Assembly: GCA_963727625.1 (NCBI GenBank)
Contig: CAVSHR010000006.1
Coordinates: forward strand, 224,001-288,000
DNA length: 64,000 nt
Direction of reading: 5' to 3'
Source of the DNA: an uncultured delta proteobacterium
Lineage (GTDB): Bacteria; Desulfobacterota; Binatia; UBA9968
Under the pieces are notes generated by a model. It did no database searches. It had not been told where the DNA came from and saw nothing but the letters and a program-made list of their open reading frames with translations. The position numbers and the translations under genes are program-made. Position 1 is the stretch's first letter. Each line of letters begins with the position of its first letter. This document shows positions 17,278 to 30,041 of this stretch, one piece after another.

Positions 17278-18381
17278 TCAGAACACGTACCGCCGCATGC
17301 TGACGTTCATGATCACGCCGACGGCAAACATCATCGAGGCAAGCGCGGAGCCGCCGTAGCTGACCATCGGCAGCGGCACACCGACCACGGGCATCAGGCC
17401 GGCGACCATGGCGATATTGATAAACACATGCCAGAAGACGATCGCGACCATGCCGAAGACCAGCAGGGCGCCGAAGCGGTCCTTGGCGCGCTGGACCAGG
17501 CCCAGGCAGTAAACGATCATGATGAAGTAAAGTAGCAGCAAGATCGCGCAGCCGACAAAGCCCCATTCCTCGGAGAAAACTGCGAAGATAAAGTCGGTGT
17601 GCTGCGCCGGCAGGAAGTCGAGCCGGTTCTGGGTGCCGTGCAGAAAACCTTTGCCGAACAGCCGCCCGGAGCCGATGGCAATTTGCGACTGAATCACGTG
17701 ATAGCCGGCGCCGAGGGGATCGCGGTCGGGATCGAGGAAAGTCAAAATGCGATTGCGCTGGTAGGATTTTAGAAAATGCCAACCGATTGGCAGGAATGCC
17801 ATGCCGGCGCCGACCAGGCAAGCAAGGGAGCGAATCCTGAGCCCGCCCATCAAAATCATGCTGATGAAAACGATACCGAGAATGATCGCGGTGCCGAGAT
17901 CAGGCTGGATGAGCGTCAGAATCACCAGCGGCGCGACGATTAAGAACGGCACCCATAGATCGCGCAGATAGTAGCCGCGCGCCGGTTCGTCGCTCTGAAA
18001 ATATTTTGCCATCACCAGCACGACGGCGAGCTTGGCCGGCTCTGACGGCTGGAGGCGGAATAAACCGAGATTGATCCAGCGCTGTGAGCCGCCGCCTGAA
18101 TGACCGACGACTATAACCAAGACCAGCAGTAAGACCATTGCGCCGTAGAACGGATAAGCGAGCCGGTCAATATAATGGTAGTCGAAGCTCAAAGCGACGA
18201 ACATGGCGATCAAACCGAGTCCGAACCAGGTGACTTGGCGTATCGGCAAAACGCCGGCATGCCCGGTCACGAGATCGAAGTTGGCGCTGTAGATTGTCGC
18301 TACTCCGACCGCGACAAACGCCAAAACGAGCAGCAACAAGGTCCAGTCAAAGTGGGAAATCAGGCGCCGGTCAATTTGCAC
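17278..18381 (-). CDS. rodA: Rod shape-determining protein RodA (SEDS family)
   Basis: QPSEPAK, QPDLGT, GYHVIQSQIAIGSG, HTDFIF; downstream of mrdA; GTG start inferred. Confidence 0.95.
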   Translation of the reverse strand: MQIDRRLISHFDWTLLLLVLAFVAVGVATIYSANFDLVTGHAGVLPIRQVTWFGLGLIAMFVALSFDYHYIDRLAYPFYGAMVLLLVLVIVVGHSGGGSQRWINLGLFRLQPSEPAKLAVVLVMAKYFQSDEPARGYYLRDLWVPFLIVAPLVILTLIQPDLGTAIILGIVFISMILMGGLRIRSLACLVGAGMAFLPIGWHFLKSYQRNRILTFLDPDRDPLGAGYHVIQSQIAIGSGRLFGKGFLHGTQNRLDFLPAQHTDFIFAVFSEEWGFVGCAILLLLYFIMIVYCLGLVQRAKDRFGALLVFGMVAIVFWHVFINIAMVAGLMPVVGVPLPMVSYGGSALASMMFAVGVIMNVSMRRYVF

Positions 18382-20251
18382 GGGCCTCTCCCTCCAAGCG
18401 TACTTGCTGACTGCCCGCCGGCTGGTTCTGCAACTCGATATATTTCTCGAACACCTTTTTTGCCATCGGCGCGGCGGCGTCGCCGCCATGGCCGCCATGC
18501 TCGACCAGCACGGCGATGGCGACTTGCGGATTGCCTGCCGGCGCGTAAGAAACGAACCAAGCATGGTCGCGATTGAAATAAGCGAGCTGTTCGGTTTTTA
18601 GGTAGGCGCCTTTCATTTCAACAACCTGCGCCGTACCGGTCTTGCCGGCGATGGCGACGATCGGCGATCTGGCGGCGCCGCCGGTGCCGTGGGCGGCGCT
18701 CACGACGTCAGCCAAGGCTTTGTGCATGCGCTCCAAAGTATCCGGCTTGAGTGCGATAGTGCGAATCAGTTCGGGGCCATATTCGCGCACGGTGGTTCCG
18801 TCCACCGACTCCACCTTGCTTACCAAGTAGGGACGATAAAGTTTACCGCCGTTGGCCACCGCGGCCATCATGTTGGCGACTTGCAACGGCGTCACGGTCA
18901 CGTAACCCTGGCCAATCGCCACCGAAACCGTCTCGCCGGGGAACCACGGTTGGTGGTATCTTTTTCTTTTCCACTCGGTGTCGGGAATAACGCCGCTTCT
19001 TTCATCGTCCAGGCCCACGCCGGTTTTCTCGCCCAAGCCGAAAGCCCGGGCCCACTTGGCGATGCGGTCCACGCCCAGCTTTGGCCCCAGTTGATAGAAG
19101 TAAGTATCGCACGACTCGACGATCGCCTTGTACAGGTTCACCGAACCATGACCGCCTCTTTTCCAGTCGCGAAAGTTGCGCTTGCCGAAAGGGAAAAAAC
19201 CCGGATCTTGAATGAAACTGTCGGGCTGAATGACCCCTTCCTCCAGCCCGGCGATCGCCATAATGATTTTGAACGTGGAGCCCGGCGGATATTGCCCTTG
19301 GGTAGCGCGATTATTGAGCGGTCGCAGCCGATCTTTGATCAAGCTGCTCCATTCGTCGGTCTTGATGCCGCGGGCAAAAACATTGGGGTCGAAAGCCGGC
19401 GTGCTGGCCATCGCCAGGATCGCGCCACTGTTGACGTCGAGCGCGACGATGGTGCCTTGTTTGCCCTTGAGCGCTTCGTAAGCGGTTTCCTGGAGCTGGC
19501 GATCCAAGGTGAGATACATCGTGTGACCGGGGACGTCGTTGACCTCGTGGAGCACGCGAACCCGCCGGCCCAGAGCATCGACTTCCACCTGTTGGCCACC
19601 GCTTTGGCCGCGCAGCAGCTCTTCCCAACGCCGCTCCAGGCCGTATTGGCCGAGCTCGTCGCCGATCACGTACCCTTGCGTTTTGAGCAAGTTCAGTTGC
19701 TTCTGGTTGATCTCGCCCAGGTAGCCCAAGACGTGCGCCGCCACTGGCCCGTCCGCGTAGCTGCGCCGTGGCCGCGCGCGCAAGCTGATGCCCGGCAAAT
19801 CGATCTGGTGCGTTTCCACCGCCACCACCGTCGGCCAATCGACGTCTCGGCCTAAAATCATCTCGTCGAAGGCGGTGCGGTTTTTACCCTCTTCAAAGAT
19901 CGTCAGGAATTCTTTTTCATCTTGCTTTAGATATCGCGCCAACTGACGCAGTGTTTGCTCGGGGGCTGCGGAGTCTTCCGGAACAAAAATAAGATCGAAG
20001 GAGGGCCGGCTGTCGACGAGCAACTGGCCCCGACGGTCGAAGATCATGCCGCGACTCCCCGCCACCCGTTTGATGCGGATGCGGTTGTTCTCGGACAAAT
20101 ACGTATATCGCTCGCCGGAGATAATTTGCAGAAAGACCAGCCGGCTGACTAGCCCCAGGAATGCGATGGCGAGAACGAGGTAGAGCAGCGACGCGCGCCG
20201 GCGCAGCTCCGGAGCCCCGTCTTGTTTATTGATCTCTCCGAGTGCGGCCAT
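18371..20251 (-). CDS. mrdA: Penicillin-binding protein 2
   Basis: PPGSTFK (SxxK), SCD, GKTGTAQ; in mre operon. Confidence 0.95.
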   Translation of the reverse strand: MAALGEINKQDGAPELRRRASLLYLVLAIAFLGLVSRLVFLQIISGERYTYLSENNRIRIKRVAGSRGMIFDRRGQLLVDSRPSFDLIFVPEDSAAPEQTLRQLARYLKQDEKEFLTIFEEGKNRTAFDEMILGRDVDWPTVVAVETHQIDLPGISLRARPRRSYADGPVAAHVLGYLGEINQKQLNLLKTQGYVIGDELGQYGLERRWEELLRGQSGGQQVEVDALGRRVRVLHEVNDVPGHTMYLTLDRQLQETAYEALKGKQGTIVALDVNSGAILAMASTPAFDPNVFARGIKTDEWSSLIKDRLRPLNNRATQGQYPPGSTFKIIMAIAGLEEGVIQPDSFIQDPGFFPFGKRNFRDWKRGGHGSVNLYKAIVESCDTYFYQLGPKLGVDRIAKWARAFGLGEKTGVGLDDERSGVIPDTEWKRKRYHQPWFPGETVSVAIGQGYVTVTPLQVANMMAAVANGGKLYRPYLVSKVESVDGTTVREYGPELIRTIALKPDTLERMHKALADVVSAAHGTGGAARSPIVAIAGKTGTAQVVEMKGAYLKTEQLAYFNRDHAWFVSYAPAGNPQVAIAVLVEHGGHGGDAAAPMAKKVFEKYIELQNQPAGSQQVRLEGEARAN

Positions 20252-20256
20252 AACCT

Positions 20257-20760
20257 TTATACCGTAACACTCAATTTCTTTACGTAATTTTCGCCGCGCC
20301 GCAAAAGCGCGAATAGCAACGGTGCAAGCGCAGCCGCCAGGAGCGCTTCGCTTATTATATACCGAGCGGCACCCAACCAAAATCTATCCAGGCTGAGAAA
20401 CACTGCCCAAACCAAGACCAACGCCGCTCCTTTGACCAAGGCGGCGAGCAATACGATAAATGAGCTCACTAGCGGGTTTTGGAGCCATATGGCACGCGAA
20501 CTGAAATAAACCGCCAAAAATACCAGGGTCATGGCGAAAGCGTTGAGGCCCAGCAGCCGGCTCGACATCACGTCGACGGAATAACCCAGAAGAAACGAAC
20601 CGACCGCGGCGCCCACCGTGGGATGATGCAAGCCCAGGTAAACGCACAGCACCAGCACGAGATCCGGCACGACCGGACCGAGCGGGAGCAGGTGCAGCAA
20701 CGTGGATTGCAGCAAAAGGAAAAATATCCCGACAAGAAAATATAGCAAGAAAAGCCTCAT
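20257..20760 (-). CDS. mreD: Rod shape-determining protein MreD
   Basis: Hydrophobic, PDLVLV motif, between mreC and mrdA. Confidence 0.85.
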   Translation of the reverse strand: MRLFLLYFLVGIFFLLLQSTLLHLLPLGPVVPDLVLVLCVYLGLHHPTVGAAVGSFLLGYSVDVMSSRLLGLNAFAMTLVFLAVYFSSRAIWLQNPLVSSFIVLLAALVKGAALVLVWAVFLSLDRFWLGAARYIISEALLAAALAPLLFALLRRGENYVKKLSVTV

Positions 20761-20792
20761 GGAAAAATTGCCGGCGGTTGCGGCCTTCGGGA

Positions 20793-21626
20793 TCACCGTT
20801 TTTCTGCGTTGCCCTCGGCAGCGACGACCAAGACCTCCTCGACGCGCGAGGACTGGACCGCGGGAAGGACTTCGATGAATTGAAACAAACCGAGATGCTG
20901 CTTGTGCACCTTGATCACCGTGCCGACCATCAAGCCCTTGGGAAACACCCCGTCGATGCCGGAGGTGATCAGCCGGTCGCCCTCTTGAATATCCTCGCTG
21001 CGTTTGACGTACTTGAGCACCGTGCCGCTGTCCAGTGATCCGGAAACGATGCCGCGCGCGCGGGTGCGCTGTACAAAGACGTCGAGGCCGCTATTGGGAT
21101 CGGTCAGCAACAAGACTTTGGCCGTGCGCGGCGTCACCGCGACCACTTGGCCGACCACGCCCAAGGGAGTCACCACTGCCATTCCTTTGCGCACACCGTC
21201 GGCGCTGCCCTTGTCGAGCAGGCAGCTTTGAAACCAACTGCTGGCGCTATTGGCGATGATCGAAGCGGTCACCGCAGCGCCGGATAAATGACTGCGAAAA
21301 TCGAGCAATTGTTTGAGCTGGAGGTTGGTGGCTTGGGCTTCTAGAAGTTTTTGTCTCTCCACCTCGAGGTTTTGAATGCGCTTTCTCAATCGTTCATTCT
21401 CGCTGCGGAAACCTGCCAGGGTATCGTAGTTATCTTGCAGGCTCTTGATCCAATTGGCGGTTCCCTGCGAGGCGATTTGCAAGGGTCGCATGAGCCACAT
21501 CAACAAAGTGCCCAGCGGTTCGTTTTTCAGTTGGCCGCGGGCGGAGACAGTGAGGATGTAAACCGATAGTAAGAGACAAAAAAAACAGCTTAACGGAACC
21601 TGATTCTTACGCAGAAAAGCGAGCAT
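20793..21626 (-). CDS. mreC: Rod shape-determining protein MreC
   Basis: TM + coiled coil, LDKGSADGV, ITSGIDGVFPKG. Confidence 0.93.
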   Translation of the reverse strand: MLAFLRKNQVPLSCFFCLLLSVYILTVSARGQLKNEPLGTLLMWLMRPLQIASQGTANWIKSLQDNYDTLAGFRSENERLRKRIQNLEVERQKLLEAQATNLQLKQLLDFRSHLSGAAVTASIIANSASSWFQSCLLDKGSADGVRKGMAVVTPLGVVGQVVAVTPRTAKVLLLTDPNSGLDVFVQRTRARGIVSGSLDSGTVLKYVKRSEDIQEGDRLITSGIDGVFPKGLMVGTVIKVHKQHLGLFQFIEVLPAVQSSRVEEVLVVAAEGNAEKR

Positions 21627-21673
21627 GAAAGGCTCGATTGGCTCCAACCATCAGGATGGATGCGGACCTCGGC

Positions 21674-22852
<1,179 letters not shown>

Positions 22853-22904
22853 TTATCATGAGAGGGCGGTTTTCAGCGTTTCCTACCGAAAGGTTTCGTC
22901 GCCA

Positions 22905-24818
22905 ATGCTCGATTTTTTGCGAAAAAGGAAGAGAAATTGGAGTATCACTATCCTCCTCGGTATTATCATCCTGGTCTTTATCGCGTTTTACGGTGGCAGC
23001 AACATCACGAACACAAGTTCCACCAATGATGTGGTTGAAGTTAACGGAGAGCCGGTCACCCAGCGCGAATTCGCGTTACAGTACGAGCGCGAAGTGCAGC
23101 GTTACCGCGATATTTTGAAAGGCTCTTTCACTCAGGAGATGCTCAAAGGCCTCAACATCAAGGGCAACCTGGTCGAAGCGTTGATTCAGAAAAAACTGGT
23201 GGTCCAAGAAGCGCGCAGGCTCGGTCTTACCGCGAGCGATGACGATCTCGCCCGCCACCTTGCCACAGCGCCTGAATTTCAACTTGGCGGGCGATTCAGC
23301 AAGGACCACTATCTGCGAGTTCTCGAGGCCAACCGAATTGTGCCGGTGCAGTTCGAGGAAGAACAACGCGACCAGCTGACGGTACAGAGGCTTTACAGCC
23401 TGATTCTCGATGCCGTGCATGTGACCGACGCCGAGGTGCGTGAACGCTATCGCATCGATCAGGAAAAAATAGATCTCTATTTTATCAAGCTGCCGATCAA
23501 CGATTTTGTCCCAGAGGTCAAGCTCACCGAGGCCGAAATCAAGTCATACTATGCGCGCAACAAGGAATCCCTCAAAGAGCCTTTGAAAATTCAAGTCGAG
23601 TATCTGTCCTATCCATACGATCGGTTCACCGGTTCGGTCCAAGTGAGTGAAAAGGAAATTGAAGAGTACTATACGGTCAATCTCAACAGCCAGTTTCGCA
23701 AACCCAAAGAAGTCAAAATTCGCTATATTTCGATCGCTGTCCCGCCCGGCGCCGACGCCGCGCAGAAGAAAGCTGTTCAGGACCATGCTGAAGCGGTCGT
23801 CAGAGAAGCCCGCGCCGGCAAAGACTTCGCTCAGTTAGCCAAAAAGGAATCCGGCGACGCCACGGCCGCCAAAGGCGGTGAAATCGGCTGGATCGCCGCA
23901 GGACAGATGCCGCCGCCGGTGGAAAAGGTCCTTTTTAATCTGGCCAAGGGCGCGGTCAGCGACGCGATTGAAACACCGGCGGGATTTCAAATCTTCAAAG
24001 TCGAAGACATCAAGGAAGCAAAGACCCTGACGCTCAAAGAAGCCAGCGCGGAAATCGCCAAGAATTTAAAAACCGAAAAAGCCAAACGCGATGCCGCCAA
24101 GGTCGCCGACCGGGACCGCGAGAAAGCGCTCTCCGGCGCCGGCTTCAACAAGCTGGCCCAAGAGAGCGGCGTCACGCTCAAAACTACGGGCTGGATCACC
24201 AACGGCCAAGTGGTGCCGGAAATCGGCGAAAATCAGGAATTTTACAAAAATGCATTTTCTTTAAGCGCTAAAGATATCGGTCCCATCGTCGAGGGCAAAG
24301 GGGCATACTATCTGATGCGCCTCAAGCAGCGCCAAGAACCCACCGTGCCGCCGCTCGAGAGCGTAAGCGGTCAGATCGAGAGGAATCTCAAAGAATCCAA
24401 AGCTTACGAGCTGGCCTTGCAGCGCGGTCATAGCCTGCTCGAGCAACTCAAAAAAGATAAGGACATGGTGAAACTGGCGCAGGCAAATCATTTAAAGCTC
24501 GACGAGACCGGCTGGTTCCTGCGCAGCGCGCCGCAGCTGCCGAAAATCGGCGAGCTGGCGGAAATGAAGGCGGGATCGCTTGCTTTAACGGCGCAGAAGC
24601 CGATCCCGGACCGCCTCTATACTCAAAAAGATGCCCTCTACGTCATCGCATTTAAAGATAGCCAGGGCGCCGATATGGAGCGGTTCGAGAAAGAAAAAGA
24701 GATGATCAAGAAACAAGCGCTGGCGGAAAGCCGCCAGCGCGCGCTGATAAAATTTATGGAAGGTCTGAAAAGCAAAGCGAAGATCAAGGTCAACACCGCT
24801 TTCCTTGAAGAGAGTTAA
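22905..24818 (+). CDS. ppiD: PpiD/SurA-type periplasmic chaperone, parvulin PPIase
   Basis: N-terminal TM, VNGEPVT SurA-like domain, DFAQLAKKES...KGGEIGW rotamase; divergent from mreB. Confidence 0.85.
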   Translation: MLDFLRKRKRNWSITILLGIIILVFIAFYGGSNITNTSSTNDVVEVNGEPVTQREFALQYEREVQRYRDILKGSFTQEMLKGLNIKGNLVEALIQKKLVVQEARRLGLTASDDDLARHLATAPEFQLGGRFSKDHYLRVLEANRIVPVQFEEEQRDQLTVQRLYSLILDAVHVTDAEVRERYRIDQEKIDLYFIKLPINDFVPEVKLTEAEIKSYYARNKESLKEPLKIQVEYLSYPYDRFTGSVQVSEKEIEEYYTVNLNSQFRKPKEVKIRYISIAVPPGADAAQKKAVQDHAEAVVREARAGKDFAQLAKKESGDATAAKGGEIGWIAAGQMPPPVEKVLFNLAKGAVSDAIETPAGFQIFKVEDIKEAKTLTLKEASAEIAKNLKTEKAKRDAAKVADRDREKALSGAGFNKLAQESGVTLKTTGWITNGQVVPEIGENQEFYKNAFSLSAKDIGPIVEGKGAYYLMRLKQRQEPTVPPLESVSGQIERNLKESKAYELALQRGHSLLEQLKKDKDMVKLAQANHLKLDETGWFLRSAPQLPKIGELAEMKAGSLALTAQKPIPDRLYTQKDALYVIAFKDSQGADMERFEKEKEMIKKQALAESRQRALIKFMEGLKSKAKIKVNTAFLEES

Positions 24819-24847
24819 ATTTAACCGCCGGTTAGTAAAAAATGCCG

Positions 24848-24865
24848 GGCGGGCTTCGGCCCGCC
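24848..24865 (+). other. Stable GC hairpin with C(UUCG)G loop after ppiD (possible terminator or stabiliser)
   Basis: GGCGGGC-TTCG-GCCCGCC; no clear U tract immediately downstream. Confidence 0.45.
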
Positions 24866-24922
24866 AGTGCGCCAAAACCTGCCCGATTTTTCAAATGACT
24901 GTTTGCTCGTGAGAACTCGCCA

Positions 24923-25555
24923 GTGCAGATCGTTTTAGTGCGCCACGGCGCCACCGATTGGAATTTGCAGGGCCGCTGCCAGGGATCGACGGATCGTGAT
25001 CTCAGCGAGGTTGGCCTGCATCAAGCCGCACAAACCGCGGCACTACTCCGCAGGGAACAAATCCAGGCAATCTATTCGAGCAATCTGCGGCGCGCGCGCC
25101 AAACCGCCGAGGTCATCAGCCAGCCGCACAACTTGTCGGTCATGATCGAAGACGGAGTTCGCGAACTGGATCACGGCGAGCTCGAAGGACTGACCTTTAA
25201 TGAAATCAAAGACAACTACGCGGATTTTCTAACCCGTTGGCGCAGCGAACCCGCCGATATCCGGGTTCCAGGCGGCGAACGGCTCGCCGATGTCGCCGAG
25301 CGCGCGTGGAACGGCTTGAACGAAATCGTCCGGCGCCACCGTGAAGCGCCGGGTATTTTGGTGGTAAGCCACAACTTTCCAATTCTCGGAATCGTTTGCC
25401 GGATCACCGGCACGCCGCTCAACAACTACCGCACTTTTCACCTCGATCCGTGCAGCGTGACGCGCTTGAGCCATGACGGCGGTTGCGGCTGGCAAGTCAC
25501 CCATGTCAACAACCGCGAGTATTCCACCGAGCAAGCGACAACAGCGCGGCCGTAA
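24923..25555 (+). CDS. Histidine phosphatase (phosphoglycerate mutase family)
   Basis: LVRHGATDWN, SSNLRRARQTA, RELDHGELEG, VVSH. Confidence 0.9.
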   Translation: MQIVLVRHGATDWNLQGRCQGSTDRDLSEVGLHQAAQTAALLRREQIQAIYSSNLRRARQTAEVISQPHNLSVMIEDGVRELDHGELEGLTFNEIKDNYADFLTRWRSEPADIRVPGGERLADVAERAWNGLNEIVRRHREAPGILVVSHNFPILGIVCRITGTPLNNYRTFHLDPCSVTRLSHDGGCGWQVTHVNNREYSTEQATTARP

Positions 25556-25574
25556 GCGGCCACAGCAACGCTCT

Positions 25575-27122
<1,548 letters not shown>

Positions 27123-27244
27123 GAACTGGAAATACTCCGGGGAATTTCCGCCGAATGTAGCTGCCGGGGCGCTTTGCTGTCAAACAGTCCGTCGGAGTCT
27201 TCCGACTTGAATCGCTTGGCAATGGGCGATAGAAAATAGCCGGC

Positions 27245-27943
27245 ATGTTGCGTTACCAAAATCTCGGCCGAATGGAATATCCCGCCGCATGCGCATTGCA
27301 GGAAAAGCTCGTCGCACTCAAGCAGGACGAAACCGCCGATGACTTCCTGCTCTTCGTCGAGCATCCCCATGTCTTCACGCTGGGGCGCGGCGGCAAGGAG
27401 ACAAACGTGCTCGCGGCGCAGAACGTTCCGGTCATTCGCACCGGCCGCGGCGGCGACGTGACCTATCATGGGCCGGGCCAGTTGGTGGTCTATCCGATCA
27501 TCGATCTAAGATCGAAGCTGCGCAAAGATGTGCATCGCTACGTGAGGAATCTCGAATTATCCGCTGTTCGCACCCTGAAAGACTTCGGCCTCAGCGGTAT
27601 CCGCCGTCCGCCGTTCACGGGAATCTGGATCGGCGACCGAAAAATCGCCGCCATCGGAGTCGCCGTGCGCCGATGCATTACCTTTCACGGCTTGGCGCTC
27701 AACGTGAACACAGAGCTGAGCTATTTCAAGCGCATCGTCCCCTGCGGCCTTGCATGGGCTGATGTCACCTCGATGGCCAACGAACTTGGCAAAGTGCAAA
27801 GCGCAGAGCGGGTTCGAGACCGCTTTCTTCATAATTTCGCCGAGACTTTCGATTATGATGACCTCAAAGAAGGTATCGAAGCGCACGATTGGCATGCCAG
27901 GTCGACAAACTCTCCGACGGTTGGAACGACTGGAACGTTTTGA
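27245..27943 (+). CDS. lipB: Lipoyl(octanoyl) transferase
   Basis: EHPHVFTLG, RGGDVTYHGPGQLV, KIAAIG, HGLALNV, IVPCG. Confidence 0.96.
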   Translation: MLRYQNLGRMEYPAACALQEKLVALKQDETADDFLLFVEHPHVFTLGRGGKETNVLAAQNVPVIRTGRGGDVTYHGPGQLVVYPIIDLRSKLRKDVHRYVRNLELSAVRTLKDFGLSGIRRPPFTGIWIGDRKIAAIGVAVRRCITFHGLALNVNTELSYFKRIVPCGLAWADVTSMANELGKVQSAERVRDRFLHNFAETFDYDDLKEGIEAHDWHARSTNSPTVGTTGTF

Positions 27944-27955
27944 ACGACTGGAACC
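27921..27955. repeat. 9-nt tandem repeat (TGGAACGAC-like)
   Basis: TTGGAACGAC TGGAACGTT TTGAACGAC TGGAACC at the lipB/lipA junction. Confidence 0.7.
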
Positions 27956-27957
27956 CC

Positions 27958-28806
27958 ATGGGTCGAAGACACCCCGACTGGATTAAAGTCAAAGCTCCCG
28001 GTAACCCGAACTATCTGCGCCTAAAGCGCATCCTGAGGGAGAAGAACCTGCACACGGTGTGTGAGGAGGCGCGCTGTCCGAACATCGGCGAGTGCTGGGG
28101 CAACAAAACCGCGACGTTTCTTATTCTCGGTGACACCTGCACGCGCGGCTGCCGCTTTTGCGCCATCGACAAAGGCAAACCGCTGGCGCTCGATCCCGCC
28201 GAGCCGCGTAATGTCGCGCTGGTCGTCAAAGATTTAGGCTTGGATCATATCGTTGTGACCTCGGTCAATCGCGACGATCTTCCTGACGGCGGCGCCGCGC
28301 ATTTCGCCAACACGGTGTTCTGGATCAAGAGTATGAACCCTGGAATCCGAGTCGAGTTGTTGATTCCCGATTTCGAGGGCGACTTGCAAGCAGTGGAGAC
28401 CGTCGTCAACTCGGGCATCGAGATTCTAAACCACAATATCGAAACCGTGCCGCGCCTCTACGGTAAGGTTCGCCCCGGCCACAGCTACGAATGCTCTTTG
28501 AATATTTTAAAAGAAGCGAAGAAACTGCGCGCAGACATGCTCACAAAGTCGGGCTTCATGCTCGGCGTCGGGGAGACCGGTGAGGAAGTGATGGCCACGC
28601 TCAACGACTTGCGCGAGAGGGACGTCGACATCGTCACCATCGGCCAGTACCTACAGCCCTCGAACCGCCAGTTGAAAGTCGAGCGCTACGTCGCCCCCGA
28701 AGAATTTAACGAATTCAAACTAGAGGCCGAAAAGCTCGGCTTTCGCCATGTCGAGTCGGGGCCGCTCGTGCGCAGCTCCTATCACGCCTGGAGCCATGTC
28801 GCTTGA
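27958..28806 (+). CDS. lipA: Lipoyl synthase
   Basis: CEEARCPNIGEC, CTRGCRFC, RSSYHA. Confidence 0.97.
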   Translation: MGRRHPDWIKVKAPGNPNYLRLKRILREKNLHTVCEEARCPNIGECWGNKTATFLILGDTCTRGCRFCAIDKGKPLALDPAEPRNVALVVKDLGLDHIVVTSVNRDDLPDGGAAHFANTVFWIKSMNPGIRVELLIPDFEGDLQAVETVVNSGIEILNHNIETVPRLYGKVRPGHSYECSLNILKEAKKLRADMLTKSGFMLGVGETGEEVMATLNDLRERDVDIVTIGQYLQPSNRQLKVERYVAPEEFNEFKLEAEKLGFRHVESGPLVRSSYHAWSHVA

Positions 28807-28899
28807 GAGCGTGATCTCGCTCTCCGTTTCTACCGGTCTCCGTTCGACCGAATCACGATGCGGTTAGAGTCATATTTTTGAAATTGACTTCGTATTGGC

Positions 28900-29648
28900 T
28901 TGGCCCAGGAGCTCGAAACGGCGATGGCCATACGCACCGTAACGTACGCCTTCGGCGCCAGCGTGCAGGATGCCAACGCCTGTTTAGTGTTAAATTCCAA
29001 GAACACGCTCGAGGCGGTGAAGTTTATTAAGGCGCTGTTATCAAGAAGCCATGACGCCGGAAGTATTTACCTGGGACCCATCCTCGAACAATTGAGCCAT
29101 GCTCGCCGGCACGATCTCACTGGCGCTTAATGCGATTTCCATCACGCGAACCGGCGAAAAGGATAATCCGACGTTCACCGAAAAAATTCACCTTGCCAAA
29201 GCAGCCGCGGGCCCGGCGCGGCGCATCGGCGTCGAGCATGTGATGGGTGTCTGCGTCATCTGGAAATTCGCCGAAAACACCACCGGCGCGAAGAAATTTC
29301 TGGTCGACTACGTGGGCAATTTTCGCCAGGTATTCATCAATGGCGAATTTTATGATTTTCCGACCTTCCAACGCACCGGATCGGACTTGAACCACCTGCT
29401 CACCCAAGACGCTAAAGCCAAACCGGCTGACAAATACAAGGTTCTGGAGGACGTGCTGAACCGGGCCACCAACGTCGGCCGCCCCGGTTACGCCAACGAG
29501 GCTATCGACGAAGCCTACCAAAAATGGATCATCAACGCCATGTTGGCCAAAGTCGCGCAAGGAGTGCTAAGCCCCGAGGACGCAGTCAAAGAAGGAAATG
29601 GAATGCAAGCGCATCTGGGAGAAGTGGCGCGAGCGCAAGCTGCTTTAA
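28900..29648 (+). pseudogene. Fragment of an extracellular solute-binding protein (carbohydrate ABC type)
   Basis: N-terminal part missing; apparent frameshift near 29037, in-frame TGA 29093-29095, second frameshift near 29595 before ...CKRIWEKWRERKLL*. Confidence 0.75.
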
Positions 29649-29688
29649 ATCGGCAATCGAGCGCGATCACGTCATTCGCCGCCGCGCC

Positions 29689-29766
29689 AGCGTGCCGATC
29701 GCGATTCTGTAGAATTTTTTCGTCGATCGGTTTATCGCCGGCTTCACCCTGGGCGCGGTCAAGTAG
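29689..29766 (+). pseudogene. C-terminal relic of a carbohydrate ABC permease (MalG-like)
   Basis: Reads SVPIAIL*NFFVDRFIAGFTLGAVK* with an internal TAG at 29710-29712. Confidence 0.65.
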
Positions 29767-30041
29767 TCGCCAATGCCCGGAGCCGCGCAACCCGGCAATG
29801 CGAGGTGGGTATGAAAGCATTACGACTGCGTTTATCGAACTTTCACGCGGAAAATTTAACGGCCATAACACGATTCTATCAACTCGTTGCGCTGCCGGCA
29901 CAGCGTTATCGCGGTGACTTGGCGCCTGCAATCCTAGCCGATACTGGCCACACTCAAGCGTTTTTACAATTCGAACGCCAATCCATTGCCAATCACGCTT
30001 TTGATTGACACCGGCTTCGTCGCTCAGTTACGCTCTTCATT

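Noticed and set aside
27921-27955. Short repeats as a CRISPR array
   Set aside because: Units are 7-9 nt without unique spacers, and there are no cas genes.
29093-29095. In-frame TGA in the SBP fragment as possible Sec
   Set aside because: Not in a redox motif (context NN*AM, probably CGA to TGA), and the gene also has frameshifts and a missing 5' part.
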